Made by a program: the position numbers and the translations under genes. A DNA stretch of 64,000 bases from Macrostomum hystrix (lineage: Eukaryota; Animalia; Platyhelminthes), in contig CATNEN010000009.1 of the NCBI GenBank assembly GCA_950097015.1, positions 248,001 through 312,000 on the forward strand, given 5' to 3'. Below are positions 25,028-38,077 of the stretch, one piece after another. The notes beneath the pieces were generated by a model. That model was not told the origin of the DNA and made no database searches. It saw only the letters and a list, made by a program, of their open reading frames with translations. Positions within the stretch are counted from its first letter, which is position 1. Each line of letters begins with the position of its first letter.

Positions 25028-25445
25028 AAGCGCTAGCAGACAAAAGGATATTAAATTTGGGCCGAAATAGTTTTGATCGAAATTATTATGGCCGAAACAA
25101 CAGGAATTCATAAAAAATAGAAAGATCTCGAATATCGTTAAGATTACAACAAAAATTAAATTTCGAAGTTAAAAAAACGTGTCATATTATCTGTAATAAT
25201 CAATTTACCTAATTGCTTCTGTTCCAACTATATAGTTAGGGTAGTGGTCAAGGGTAAAGATCAAGTATTATTTTTTCATCTAAACTTTTCGTTTGTTGAT
25301 GGATGACGATGGTTTAATTTTAATAAAGCACAAGCAAACTAAAATAGCTTCAAACAGATCCCTTGGTTTGACGTCTTCAGAACCTCATTTTTCAAAATAT
25401 CAGCCATTTACATCTAGAAACTATACAAGTGCACCAACAAATACA

Positions 25446-28400
25446 ATGAATTCTGGTGAAATGCCTAATGAAAAATTCAGTTCAGTGACTAGGCCTAATC
25501 AACAAAATCAAGCTCAAGCATCAAGTAGTGACCAAATATATGAAGGAGGAGCATGGCACTCTGGTCATGGTCGATCAAGAAGGTCAAAACATACAACAGG
25601 TGATAGAAGTATCCCAGAATCAGATTTTGTAATAGAACCATCATCCTCTCATAGCCATAGTTACCATGATCACAAAGACAGGCCAAACTCTAGAAGCAGA
25701 GATACTTCTAGACTAAGAGCCACAACCCACCCACAAATTGGCTCTGCTAGCTCTGGCTGGGATTCATTCTCAGACAAAGGTATGTATGTAAATTTCATAG
25801 TTTTTACTGAATAATTTATTGCAAAATCAATAGCTGCTTATCTTAAAAATTCTTACATTGCTATAAGAAGCTTATAATTTAATAAGTCAATAAAAATTGT
25901 ATTGAATAGGATTTTGTAAATTAAATATCCTGCAAAGAGCAGTAATATATGTTTAACAATAATAATTTAACTGATACTAATAGCTAATGCAATAAGTGCA
26001 ACACTGGTTTAGTGTTTTACTTTGTATTTGTCCTTCTAATTAGCCATCTTGATAATTTAATTTGAGTATACAGTACAGAGTTAGCTTGTTTTGTTTTGGC
26101 CAGACAATGTCTTATCTTAGTGAGAAAATTTGTATTTAAAAGAAACTTCTCATCTATGTTTTGTTTGTTAGAACTCTTATTCTTAGGATTGAATTGTTTG
26201 TCCAGAGATGAGTTTTTATTGTAGACTTTAATCTATAAGCAATGCCTAGCAAGAGCCTAGCACCTTAATCTTAGAGATTTCAGGTTAAAAAATAAGTCAT
26301 TGTAGATTCCTAGTTTTATTTATATTTTCTTAGAAAACCTATAGGCAGACTATAAGCTAATTACACAACTGAATTTCACCCATTGCAGAACAGTATCAAT
26401 CCTATGCTTCACTTGGAGTCGGATTTGCAAGGTATAGCTTCAAGCCTCTCAAGTTGTTGCCAACACTGAGCTAAAGTGCAAATTTTATATTTTAAAATTG
26501 TGCCAGTGAATACCACCACTTTCAGTCTTGTTGCCGAGACTCTGCTTTCACATCCATGCATTGTACTCAGGCGTCAGTGCCAGGTGATGAATGATGGCCA
26601 GAGCTATCACTTACTGCCATTCAGCCTTGTGCCTGTCATCTACAATCTGCACAAGACACAGGTTGGTTTCTGTGACTGTAGGTCTTGTGAATTTATGTAG
26701 TTGCATTCCATCTTTAAGTTTCATGGGTTACATGCTTAGAACTAACCAACCTGATCACCTGGCTTACTGTCCACCCTAATCACCTGGCTCACTGTCCACC
26801 CTGATCACCTGGCTCACTGTCCACCCTGATCACCTGGCCACACACTGTCCACCCTGATCACCTGGCTCACTGTCCACCCTGATCACCGGGCTCACTGTCC
26901 ACCCTGATCACCTGGCTCACTTTCCACCCTGATCACCTGGCTCACTGTCCACCCTGATCACCTGGCTCACTTTTCACCCTGATCACCTGGCTCACTGTCC
27001 ACCCTGATCACCTGGCCTACTGTCCACCCTGATCACCTGGCTCACTGTCCACCCTGATCACCTGGCTCACTTTCCACCCTGATCACCTGGCTCACTGTCC
27101 ACCCTGATCACCTGGCTCACTTTTCACCCTGATCACCTGGCTCACTGTCCACCGACTCCACCCTGATCACCTGGCTCACTGTCCACCGACTCCACCCTGA
27201 TCACCTGGCTCACTTTCCACCCTGATCACCTGGCTCACTGTCCACCCTGATCACCTGGCTCACTGTCCACCCTGATCACCTGGCACACTAAAAATGCGCA
27301 GTGATCTTTAAAAATTATTTAAGCATTATACAAGCACAGCCTTTGTTTGTCTTTTCCGCAGGGCATCGCCTGTCTATGGAAAGGCATTGGCAGCGTCTTC
27401 ATTGTGCGCGGCCTTCACTTGGTCACTGAGAATCTTGTTAGTGAAGTCACCCACTTTCCTAAGTAAGATGTTAATTAAATTAAAAAAAGTAGCTCAATTG
27501 TTAATTAAACGCATTTCTAAGATCATCAGTAACCTAGCGAAAAAAAACCTAGTTCCAAAATGTTTTAATTTGCTGCATCTGCACTCCACAATCACAACAG
27601 GGAGGTGAACCGGCACAGCTCGGGAAAGAAGCTGGCGCAGCATCTGTGCCTGAAAGCTGCCACATGGGCGTTGGTGGCTCCCTTCTACGCTGCTTCTCTG
27701 GTCGAGACCGTGCAGTCGGACATCGCCTCCGATAGCCCGGGCGTTCTGGACTGCCTGAAGGAGGGCGTGGCCCGCCTGCTTGTTTTCTCTACTCCGCCCA
27801 CCGCGTCCTCCAATCTGCTGCCGTTCTGGAAGCTCGTGCCGCCTGTGGTCTGCCTTGGCGCTGCCTCCTACGCCATCCGGGCGCTGGCCAACTACGCCGT
27901 GATGCGCTCCGCCGAGCGGGATGGCACTGCCGAGCGCGCTGCCCGATACAGGGGCTATCGCGGTCGCAGTACAGAGGTAGGTTTTAGCACCGGCTAATGG
28001 TTCAATAAAACAATGTAAGCTGAACTTTTCCCCTGAACCTTTCCACATGACATTGTTGACTCCACAGCTTTAGGATAACTGGATTAGCCTTTGCAAATTA
28101 AACTAAAATCTTGTAGGCCGAGCAAAGTGAGCACTTAGTTTGCCAAAGCTGTCGGCCATCGAGACTTCGCACTTTAAAGTTCTTCTCACATCTCCCGCAG
28201 GTGGACAGTGAGCTGTACGAGCGTTTTTACCCCGAGTTGCTCAGCAGCTTCGTCGGAGCCCTGCTCTCCGACCTGCTGCTGTTTCCGCTTGAGACCCTGA
28301 CCCACCGGCTGTGTGTACAGGGCACCCGCACGCTCATCGACAACATGGACTCCGGCCTGGGCGTCGCCTCACTCAGCACCGCACATACCGGCCTCCTGGA

Positions 28401-28665
28401 TGCCTTCGTCACCACTGTCCGGCTGGAGTCGCCAGTCAGCCTTTACCGCGGCTTTGGCGCCCTTCTACTGCAGTTCGGCGCGCACCTCTGTCTGCTGCGC
28501 GCTGCCAAAATGTCTTACGAGCGAATCGTCACCGCGTGGACTGGCGGTGGCAGCGCTGACCATGGTGACATCGGTGGGCCACTGGATCCAGATTCGGAGT
28601 CCACTAGCAGCCGCAGCATCTTCTCAGATGTTGATGAGGCCGCCGGCTTTGCGCCCCAGCCCTAG
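25446..28665 (+). CDS. SLC25A46: Mitochondrial outer-membrane carrier-family protein SLC25A46 (Ugo1-like)
   Basis: join(25446..25779,26389..26431,26526..26661,27362..27462,27601..27976,28201..28665), phases consistent. Diagnostic motifs: LSHPCIVLRRQCQV, LWKGIGSVFIV, PFYAASLVETVQSDI, FYPEL, FPLETLTHRLCVQGTRTLIDN, YRGFGA. Exon 1 and the start codon are less certain. Confidence 0.93.
26747..27289. repeat. 25-bp minisatellite (CCACCCTGATCACCTGGCTCACTGT)n filling most of SLC25A46 intron 3
   Basis: Monomer read directly, ~21 copies. Confidence 0.95.
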
Positions 28666-28889
28666 GAAATGCCCTGCGCCACCCAGACGGTAAGGCTCCG
28701 AATTAATGCAAACTTTTCTATTTCACTTTGAGATCCGCGCTCTGGCTGAGAGAGGTGGCGGGTTAGTTAAATAATTAAATGGTCAAGTTTTGCGGATACT
28801 TTCAGTTTCACTCTATGCAGTCTAGATTGCAGTAGGATGACAAGGGAACTGAAGAAAGAAAAGCAGAAAATTACTTGATCAACTTGGCC

Positions 28890-29190
28890 GACAATGGCAG
28901 CAGTTTGGTTTTGAAACTGGGGGTGAGTGAGAATTGCAGCAGTTTGATTCGGGAACTGGGTTTGAGTAAGAATTGCGGCAGTTTGATTCAGGAACTGGGG
29001 TTGAATGAGAATTGCAGCAGTTTGATTCAGGAACTGGGGTTGAGTGAGAATTGCAGCAGTTTGATTCAGGAACTGGGGTTAAGTGAGAATTGCAGCAGTT
29101 TAATTCAGGAACTGGGGTTGAATGAGAATTGCAGCAGTTTGATTCAGGAACTGCGGTTGAGAGAGAATTGCAGCAGTTTGATTCAGGAAC
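28890..29190. repeat. 39-bp minisatellite (GAGAATTGCAGCAGTTTGATTCAGGAACTGGGGTTGAGT)n
   Basis: ~7 copies; source of the LIQELGLSENCSS pseudo-ORF. Confidence 0.9.
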
Positions 29191-30837
29191 TGATGTGAGC
29201 AAAGTCAGCAGTCTGATTCAGGAACTGATGTGAGCAAAGTCAGCAGTCTGATTCAGGAACTGATGTGAGCAAAGTCAGCAGTTTGATTCAGGAACTGATG
29301 TGAGCAAAGTTAGCAGTTTGATTCAGGAACTGATGTGAGCAAAGGCAGCAGTTTGATTCAGGAACTGATGTGAGCAAAGTCAGCAGTTTGATTCAGGAAC
29401 TGATGTGAGCAAAGGCAGCAGTCTGGTTCAGGAACTGATGTGAGCAAAGTTAGCAGTTTGATTCAGGAACTGATGTGAGCAAAGTTAGCAGTTTGATTCA
29501 GGAACTGATGTGAGCAAAGGCAGCAGTCTGGTTCAGGAACTGATGTGAGCAAAGTTAGCAGTTTGATTCAGGAACTGATGTGAGCAAAGTCAGCAGTTTG
29601 ATTCAGGAACTGATGTGAGCAAAGTCAGCAGTCTGGTTCAGGAACTGATGTGAGCAAAGGCAGCAGTCTGATTCAGGAACTGATGTGAGCAAAGGCAGCA
29701 GTTTGATTCAGGAACTGATGTGAGCAAAGGCAGCAGTTTGATTCAGGAACTGATGTGAGCAAAGTCAGCAGTTTGATTCAGGAACTGATGTGAGCAAATT
29801 CAGCAGTTTGATTCAGGAACTGATGTGAGCAAAGGCAGCAGTTTGATTCAGGAACTGATGTGAGCAAAGGCAGCAGTTTGATTCAGGAACTGATGTGAGC
29901 AAAGTCAGCAGTTTGATTCAGGAACTGATGTGAGCAAATTCAGCAGTTTGATTCAGGAACTGATGTGAGCAAAGTCAGCAGTTTGATTCAGGAACTGATG
30001 TGAGCAAAGTCAGCAGTTTGATTCAGGAACTGATGTGAGCAAAGGCAGCAGTTTGATTCAGGAACTGATGTGAGCAAAGTCAGCAGTTTGATTCAGGAAC
30101 TGATGTGAGCAAAGTCAGCAGTCTGGTTCAGGAACTGATGTGAGCAAAGGCAGCAGTCTGATTCAGGAACTGATGTGAGCAAAGGCAGCAGTTTGATTCA
30201 GGAACTGATGTGAGCAAAGGCAGCAGTTTGATTCAGGAACTGATGTGAGCAAAGTCAGCAGTTTGATTCAGGAACTGATGTGAGCAAAGTCAGCAGTTTG
30301 ATTCAGGAACTGATGTGAGCAAAGTCAGCAGTTTGATTCAGGAACTGATGTGAGCAAAGTCAGCAGTTTGATTCAGGAACTGATGTGAGCAAAGGCAGCA
30401 GTTTGATTCAGGAACTGATGTGAGCAAAGTCAGCAGTTTGATTCAGGAACTGATGTGAGCAAAGTCAGCAGTTTGATTCAGGAACTGATGTGAGCAAAGT
30501 CAGCAGTTTGATTCAGGAACTGATGTGAGCAAAGTCAGCAGTTTGATTCAGGAACTGATGTGAGCAAAGGCAGCAGTCTGGTTCAGGAACTGATGTGAGC
30601 AAAGTTAGCAGTTTGATTCAGGAACTGATGTGAGCAAAGTTAGCAGTTTGATTCAGGAACTGATGTGAGCAAAGGCAGCAGTCTGGTTCAGGAACTGATG
30701 TGAGCAAAGTTAGCAGTTTGATTCAGGAACTGATGTGAGCAAAGTCAGCAGTTTGATTCAGGAACTGATGTGAGCAAAGTCAGCAGTTTGATTCAGGAAC
30801 TGATGTGAGCAAAGTTAGCAGTTTGATTCAGGAACTA
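29170..30837. repeat. 35-bp minisatellite (GCAGTTTGATTCAGGAACTGATGTGAGCAAAGTCA)n
   Basis: Period 35 (tgatgtgagc at 29191, 29226); ~47 copies; shares core with the adjacent 39-mer. Confidence 0.95.
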
Positions 30838-31091
30838 AGCTATTAATAGCAGTGGATGAATTCACGCACTGAATTGAATGTTTCCCGCGCTCTTCAAATT
30901 TCAGTGCTTCCGTGCCGAAACGATCGCGCCATACAGGAGAATTTGTGAAGGCCTCCGAGTGCATAGAAGCTATTAACGAATACCCTATTGATGTTAATCA
31001 TAGATGCAGAATTTAGTTCACTGTTATTATTTAGCCTGTTCAATGTGCGCTTTCAGTGAGCTGTCATGCTGTGGTTTTTTATTGCTTTCGA

Positions 31092-31574
31092 TTTTAGTTT
31101 ATTTGGCTCAAGCCCAGCAGAATTAGCATCGCAGAAGGTTTCATGACTAACTGGCATGTCCAATGCCCAATAGATTTCAGTTTACTTGGCTCAAGCCCAG
31201 CAGAATTAGCATCGCAGAAGGTTTCATGACTAACTGGCATGTCCAATGCCCAATAGATTTCAGTTTACTTGGCTCAAGCCCAGCAGAATTAGCATCGCAG
31301 AAGATTTTATGACTAACTGGCATGTCCAATGCCCAATAGATTTCAGTTTACTTGGCTCAAGCCCAGCAGAATTAGCATCGCAGAAGGTTTCATGACTAAC
31401 TGGCATGTCCAATACCCAATAGATTTCAGTTTACTTGGCTCAAGCCCAGCAGAATTAGCATCGCAGAAGATTTCATGACTAACTGGCATGTCCAATGCCC
31501 AATAGATTTCAGTTTACTTGGCTCAAGCCCAGCAGAATTAGCATCGCAGAAGGTTTCATGACTAACTGGCATGA
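31092..31574. repeat. 83-bp tandem repeat, ~6 copies
   Basis: ggctcaagcccagc at 31105, 31188, 31271 and onward. Confidence 0.95.
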
Positions 31575-32820
31575 TCAATATCCAGTCTTTGTTCTTACTG
31601 CAGTTCGTTTCTGCTCTCTGTCTGCTTCGTATTTCGATTTGGTACGCTGTTCCAGTTTCGAAGCCAGCTAAGCTGGGGTTTTCTGTTATTTGTGAGGCGT
31701 AGGCAATGTGGCACCTAACCTAAGTGCCGCTCGCATTCTGTCATTTTTTTGCTTTTTGTTAAACTTAGTAATCTTCTTTGTGTGCACTTCGTTCTCATCG
31801 ATTTTGTGAAGTAGATTAGTATTGCTAATAAAGCAGGCAATATTTGATAGGCAAACTAGCAGGCAAATATAGCTAGCAAATAAACCTCATAAAATTAATG
31901 CTTTCTTCTTTGTATTAGATTTGCAAAATTTTTGCTTTGCGCTGTGCCGGCTGTGAAGCCGGATAATCAGAGATGATTGGCCTAATTGATTGTACTAGGT
32001 AATGAAAAACTGAAACTAACTATTGTGCACATCTATGCAGGTCAGTTGAATATTTATTGATGTTACACTTGGGTGCGCAGGCCTACTACATGGTTCCAAA
32101 CCTCAGATCCTAAATTAGTTTTAAGATCTGTGTTCAAAATCAAGAATTTCTATAAATAGCATCTAAACTGCAAGCCAAGTCCTGCTCGAAGCCCTTGCTA
32201 AAGCAAAACTCAAGAGTGCAAATAAATAAGTCGTCCACCCTGTTTTGGCCATAGAAATTAGCTTTGTTTCACCACGCAGTAAGACGCACGAAAATAGCTC
32301 GGTTCGAGAAAGTTGCCATATTGGCCGGCTCTTCAAATTGCAATGCGTATTTCATATATGTACGAAAAGGGTTATTTCTGCAATCCACGTTGACAAGCTT
32401 AAACATTGTCACTGCTAATGGTGTTGTAGCTCGTATAGTTTGTAACTGACAAGCAATCTGAACTTGACGAAGAAGCTCTTGGTTGAGCACTTCTGGGATT
32501 ACTTTAGCACCTGAAGATGCGTTCACCCAACTGTGTGAGGGAAGCAGGCCGACTCGCTCAGTGAATTCAAAAGGCCGCAGCTGGCCTAAGGACTCTAACA
32601 GTCATAGTTAGAAATCAGATTTTTTCAAAATGCAGCGATGAGTTCACTGTGAAGGTGTGCATCCATGGCTTTCCCCAGAATAAAATTAGACTTGGAGGAA
32701 AATTTGTTAGCTTTTGGCTAGCTAATACTATTCATGCAATGTTCTCAGCACCATATCCATGTTCCGACTCGCTGCTAAGCCACTTGCAATTGGCGCACAC
32801 CTTCACCTCTGAGTTTTTTA

Positions 32821-35800
32821 TTAGTCACTGTCCAGCTGCCCCTCAGTCTTCTCTTTGCTGACCTTCAGCAGCACGTGCCACTTGCTGATCTGCTGGCCGT
32901 TGGCATCGCGCATGTCACTCCAGTGGTCCAGCGCCTCTTCGCTGCAGTTGTTCCGACCTGCAACCGTTTGAATGGGTAGAAGATTGCTATACAAGTCTGC
33001 TAACAAATGTACATTTCTGACTTTTGAGTCAGTGTATAAATGCGCACACCTGACAGGTTGGTGTAAGTTCGACCAGACAAGTTTAGTCGGTAATGCGAGT
33101 CACTAACGTCAAAGCATCAACTTTAGGAAGCTGGTTACTTTTGAGCCTGGAGGGTTTCTTATGAAAGTTTCTATGCCTGGCTCTTATGATCAATCAATTA
33201 TTCAAACTCAGCTTCCTGAGCTGCTATCCTTCCCTTTGCAAAACATATTTCAGTAATTTTTTGCCTTGAAATAGAAATTCCTAAACTCCATATGTAACGG
33301 CTCTGTTGTGTTTAGTACTGTCTCTGTTGTAAAGACGAGAAACCTCATATTCTATTTCTTACCGACGGAGCACCAGCCAATGCTGACTGTGCGGTTCAGG
33401 GTGTGTTTGCAGTACACCTTCGCCATCACGGACACGTCCTTGAGGTGGGCTCGGCTAACCGGGTACTCAAAGGTTTCATGCCAGGCAGGGTTCGGGCAGT
33501 CAGCGATGGAGAGCGTCTTGGAGCGGAACAGCACCTCATCCTGGCTGAGGCCCCACAGAAGCTGCACTTTCACAAAGGCCGCTGCAATTGTGCGCCAAAT
33601 AACAGCAAAATTATGCGTCTTTAACTCACTTAACTGACGGTTCAAACTTCTGGTTGGAACTATGGTAGGTACACTATGGCAGGTACACAAGACAGACAAG
33701 TAAACCCGGCTTGTAGTTCAACGGTGTGCTTGATAATTTAAAGAAGATAATTTAACTCGATAAATTTGAAACAGAATATGCATAATTCTCAGTCACTTGA
33801 TCCATGGCCAGAATCGATATACTTTCTTCTTTTACATGAAAGCCTTTTTTCACCCTGAGCCCACTCACAATCGAATGCGTGCGGAGTTTTGAGTGAGCCC
33901 GGATGATCTACTGACAAGTATTCAAGTCCTTTTTACCCTGAGCCCACTCACAATCGAATGCGTGCGGAGTTTTGAGTGAGCCCGGATGATCTACTGACAA
34001 TTATTCAAGTCCTTTTTACCCTGAGCCCACTCACAATCGAATGCGTGCGGAGTTTTGAGTGAGCCCGGATGATCTACTGACAATTATTCGCTACGCATAT
34101 CTTAGTAAACCTTTATTTTATACTGCACACGAGCGTATGTTTTAGCCCAAAGATTAATTTGTCACTTACTTGGTGGCTTGTCCGACCTGGGATTCCTGAG
34201 GTTACAGGCCTTCACAATCGCCACCTGCAGGTGCCCATTGACCTGGTTGTAGGCCAGGCCCAGAAATAGCTCCGGTTGGTCAACCAGCGCCGGGCCCTCT
34301 GTCGGCGGTGGCAGTAATAGCGCATCAACCGCGTCCTTTGCCGACTTCTTCGCCTTGCGCGCTACTTTGTGCTGCTCAGCTTCGTCCTGTACATGTTTTA
34401 ACGGCAGGATATTTACCGGGACTGAATATTTGGGAGCATTACAAAATAACAGCAATTTGTAATTCCGGTACACAGTAAAGAGACTTTTGCACTTCTGACT
34501 GATTAGCTTGGACAAGGGGTTCGCAATTGGATTGGACAATCGGATAATTTGGACTTTGGAATTCATTCTGTCGCATAAAATTTCAGTAGAAGCCAGAACT
34601 TACATCAGAATCCGACAAGTGTTTCAGCTGCAATGAAAGGCGCACAACGTTAAATAATGTTCATAAAAGTAAAATGCGATTGAAAAAGGCTTTCGTAGCC
34701 TCGCAGCCTCACCTTGGAGATGGCAAATCTGCGCTCCTCAAGCTGCAAGCGGAATCGGTTCCTTCTCACCTTGTCGTTTGCCTGCACGGTCTCCTCCAAG
34801 CGCTCGAGCGCAAAGGTGTTTTCCCCAAGCAGAAAACTGCGCTTCTTCCGCCAGCAACCGTACAGTCGGAAGCGAATAGCCAGCGACTGCTGCGTGTTCT
34901 TGCACAAGTGATCTGCGGTATTGACGGGTACGCACCAACATACGAGCTATCAAGGGCCTTATAGGAATAGTTTTTTAAGCCTCAGTTGTCAGATTTATAT
35001 GCTCAGAAACTGCTCAGTGGGTCTCGAATCTGAGCATCTCAGAAATATCTCGACTGGATCACCAATATATTTACCTGTTTAAAAGTATACCACAATGAAA
35101 ATTCCCTTCCTAATTGTAATCTCGAACCATCTTTTAGATTTCCCATTTGCTTTCTCAACTGCACAGCCCCAGCCAGCTATTACTCACAGTGGTAAATTGG
35201 AGCAAACTTGAACGTCTCCTTGTCGTCCTGTTCTTTGTTCTGCTTCATGCTAATTTTCTTCACTGTCTTGCCGACTTCACTTTCTGACATGGAAAACTTC
35301 GTCACATCCTTCAGCGGCTCATCTGTCGACTTGTTTCCTGCCGCCTGCTTCCGCTTCAGCCGCTCCTGCCGCAGCCGTTCCTTCATGGCCTGCTGCTGCT
35401 TCAGATGCTGCTCGCGCCGCTCCTGCTGCTGCTGCAGCTGAGCCGCCTTCCGAGCTGCAATGGCAGCTAGCACCGACTTCTTGCTGTTCCTATCCGCCGC
35501 CGCTCCAGCTGCAGGTTCCTCCTTGGCTTTCGCCTTGCCTGTGAGCTTCGGGATGCTCAACTTGCCTATCTTTACCACCGGCGGTTTAGCTGCGTCACCC
35601 GACTTGCTCGCCTCTGACACCGGCTTGCCTTCAGCCTCCGTCTTCTTGCCCTTCTTGCCCTTTTCCTTGTTGCCAGACTTCTTGTCCTTATCCTGGTTGC
35701 TGTCCTTCTCCTTGTCCGCCTCGCCCTCCTTATCCGCCCCAGCGCCATCGACAGCGGCAGCCAGTGGCAACAGGCTCTTCTTCTTCGGATCTTCGTGCTC

Positions 35801-37373
35801 GACCATGGGTGTGCGGAAGATCACGGTCTTTTCCGGCAGCAGAGTCATGCAAACCTGCAGCATGGACCAGCGCATCTTCTTGTTGCTTTTGCGACGGAAT
35901 TTCATCAGCGCCATCCTTAGCTCAACCTGCAGGATGCGCACGTTCAGACTGTTGCTCTTATTCTCAAACTTCATTTCGGCCTCTAGGTAGCCGACAATCT
36001 TTGGCTGCGGCCGCTGCGCTTGGACCTCGGTCTGTGGCGATGGTGTAAGTATGGATATTGTGAGGGTGTTTGCATTCTGTAATGTTGCTTGTCCAGTGGT
36101 TCGCTTGTAGTTAACTGTCTACTGAAGCAGTCTTTTACTTTTCTCCTCACTGCAGCATGTATTGATAAACCAATTTGGAGCTTCTGTGCCTAGTTTCAAG
36201 AGTTCAGGTAGAGCATAGAACCCGATACATAAAATATAGGGCGGTGACATACAAGGATGTTAGGTGTGATTATGTTAGGTGGATGTCAGATCTGATTTGG
36301 TTTGATATTCGACTTCGATTCGGCTATTAGTGCAAAGCTATGCAATTTTCGAAGTAGCTACAACGAAACTATGAGTAGTTGCATCTGTTTTACATCTTGA
36401 GCTTACAACCCGCGCATTCAACTCACCAGACTGGTCCCAGCGCCAGCGGAGAATGCATCTGCTCCGAAACACTGCTCCTCCTCTTCGTCCTCATCCTCAT
36501 CCAACTCATCCAACTCATCTTCTTCACCCTCGTCGCCTTCCTCTACATCCTCCTCGAATTCGTCACCGCCATCAAAGAGCTCGGCGTCTTCGCCTTCCTG
36601 ATATTCATCGCCACTAGTTGCTGCTGCTTCATCATCGACAAAGCCACCATTGAAGGCACCACCGGGACCGCTTATGCCGCCACTGAAGGCACCGCGGAAC
36701 AATTCATTGAACCCACCGGCCAGGCCAGTGGCACCGGTGGCAAAGTCTCCAGCATCGTCTTCATCTTCATCATCGAGATCGATGTCGCCGCTGGTGTCGC
36801 TCTCAGCAGCCACTGCCGCAGCAGCTGCCAGCAGTGGCTCTCGGTCACGTGACTTCCAGGCAGCTGATGCCACCGCTGACGCTGCTTCATCAACTTCTCC
36901 TTTGAACGCGCCACCACGAGCACCATTGAATTCGCTGCTGCTGTCTCCCAATGACACCTCATCGTCGTCCTTGAGGCTGTCTTCAGCACCTACTTGATCT
37001 TCGCCAAGCTCTGCCTCCTCGAAGTCCATTGGTCCCAGCTTCCGTCGGGTCGCCTCTGCCTCTTCGTCATCAAGCGAGTCGTTGGAAACGTCCAAGGCTT
37101 CCGCGACGTCCGCTACCTCCTCTTCGGTTCCATTGGACTCCTCGAGCTGCGTGGCCTCCTGAGGTCGGCCTCTCCCTGCAGTTAGTTGGTGACCTTATAA
37201 TGATGCACGTAAGCTGTTAAGCGATTAAGCTCTGTCAAGGCCTTGAGACCCGATTGAGCACACATTTACACTTACAAGTATGAAACATTTAACTGATTAG
37301 CAATCAGAATGCATACGACACTAAGAAGCTTACGAAACGGTGTGGAGTCCCACAAACGATTCAGCTTCTGCAT
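32821..37373 (-). CDS. SYT14/16: Synaptotagmin-14/16-like tandem C2 protein without N-terminal TM; acidic N-terminus and Lys-rich insert in C2A; ~801 aa
   Basis: Minus-strand join(37373..37334,37175..36427,36031..35188,34912..34713,34386..34170,33581..33363,32957..32821), phases consistent. C2A: AIRFRLYG...LLGENTFALERL. C2B: PELFLGLAYNQVNGHLQVAIVKACNLRN...AFVKVQLL...NPAWHETFEYPV...IGWCSVGRNNCSEEALDHWSDMRDANGQQISKWHVLL, matching the SYT14/16 C-terminus. First exon inferred. Confidence 0.85.
33840..34090. repeat. 83-bp tandem repeat x3 in a SYT14/16-like intron, each unit with an imperfect inverted repeat
   Basis: accctgagcc at 33852, 33935, 34018; gcccactcacaa pairs 10/12 with ttttgagtgagc. 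Confidence 0.9.
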
Positions 37374-38077
37374 GGCAGGCTGTTATGCTGGTTTTCTGAT
37401 TTCAGTCGATCGCTGATCGCTGATACCGCAGGTATAGCACTGCAGCAATACAATCTGAGCGAGGCTGAGAACGAGCTGAGTGTGTTCTAGCAACAGAGCA
37501 AAGTTTACCAAAATACTTGCGAGAGCAGATGGCGAGCGCGCGCTTTTATGCTATAATTGAGCAAGAAGAGAATGGGCTATGGGGCAGAGGGGCAGGAAGG
37601 CAGCGCCCACGCAAAGGAGGAGAGCAAAGGCAGGGCGCGCCCAGAGCTAAGCAATCCATAGCCGCAGTCTAGTGTACAGCAAGAGTCTGAGCAGGGTAAT
37701 GCTGGGTTAGGCCGAGCTCTCTAATAGACTTGGAACAATGTGTGGCGGCCAGGAAAATCTGAACAAGTTGCCTTTGGTGCTGTGTGAAAGGCGGAGCAGT
37801 GGCAAGGCAGTGGCAGACAGAAGAATGCGCCAATGACCTCATTCTCTGAGCGGACTGGCGCACTGAGCACACTTGGCTTGCCGGCCATCTTTACTTGCGG
37901 CTTGAATGGCCTCTTCTGAAACCTTGCACTTGCCTTTTTCGCACACCCTCCACTAGCCGGTCACGTGACCACAGGCAACTGACCTCCTCAGGCGCAGATG
38001 AAGTGTCAGGACAAGACAGCCAATTCATTCGCAAAGGGAGGCACTTGTGGAAACAAAATTCCAACAACTCGAACTGA

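Noticed and set aside
28875-29202. LRR-like LIQELGLSENCSS repeat ORF
   Set aside because: 13-aa period from a 39-bp minisatellite contiguous with a non-triplet 35-mer; not a true LRR period
31092-34090. Two separate arrays both with an 83-bp period
   Set aside because: Ungapped comparison by hand gave only ~31/83 identity; no convincing homology
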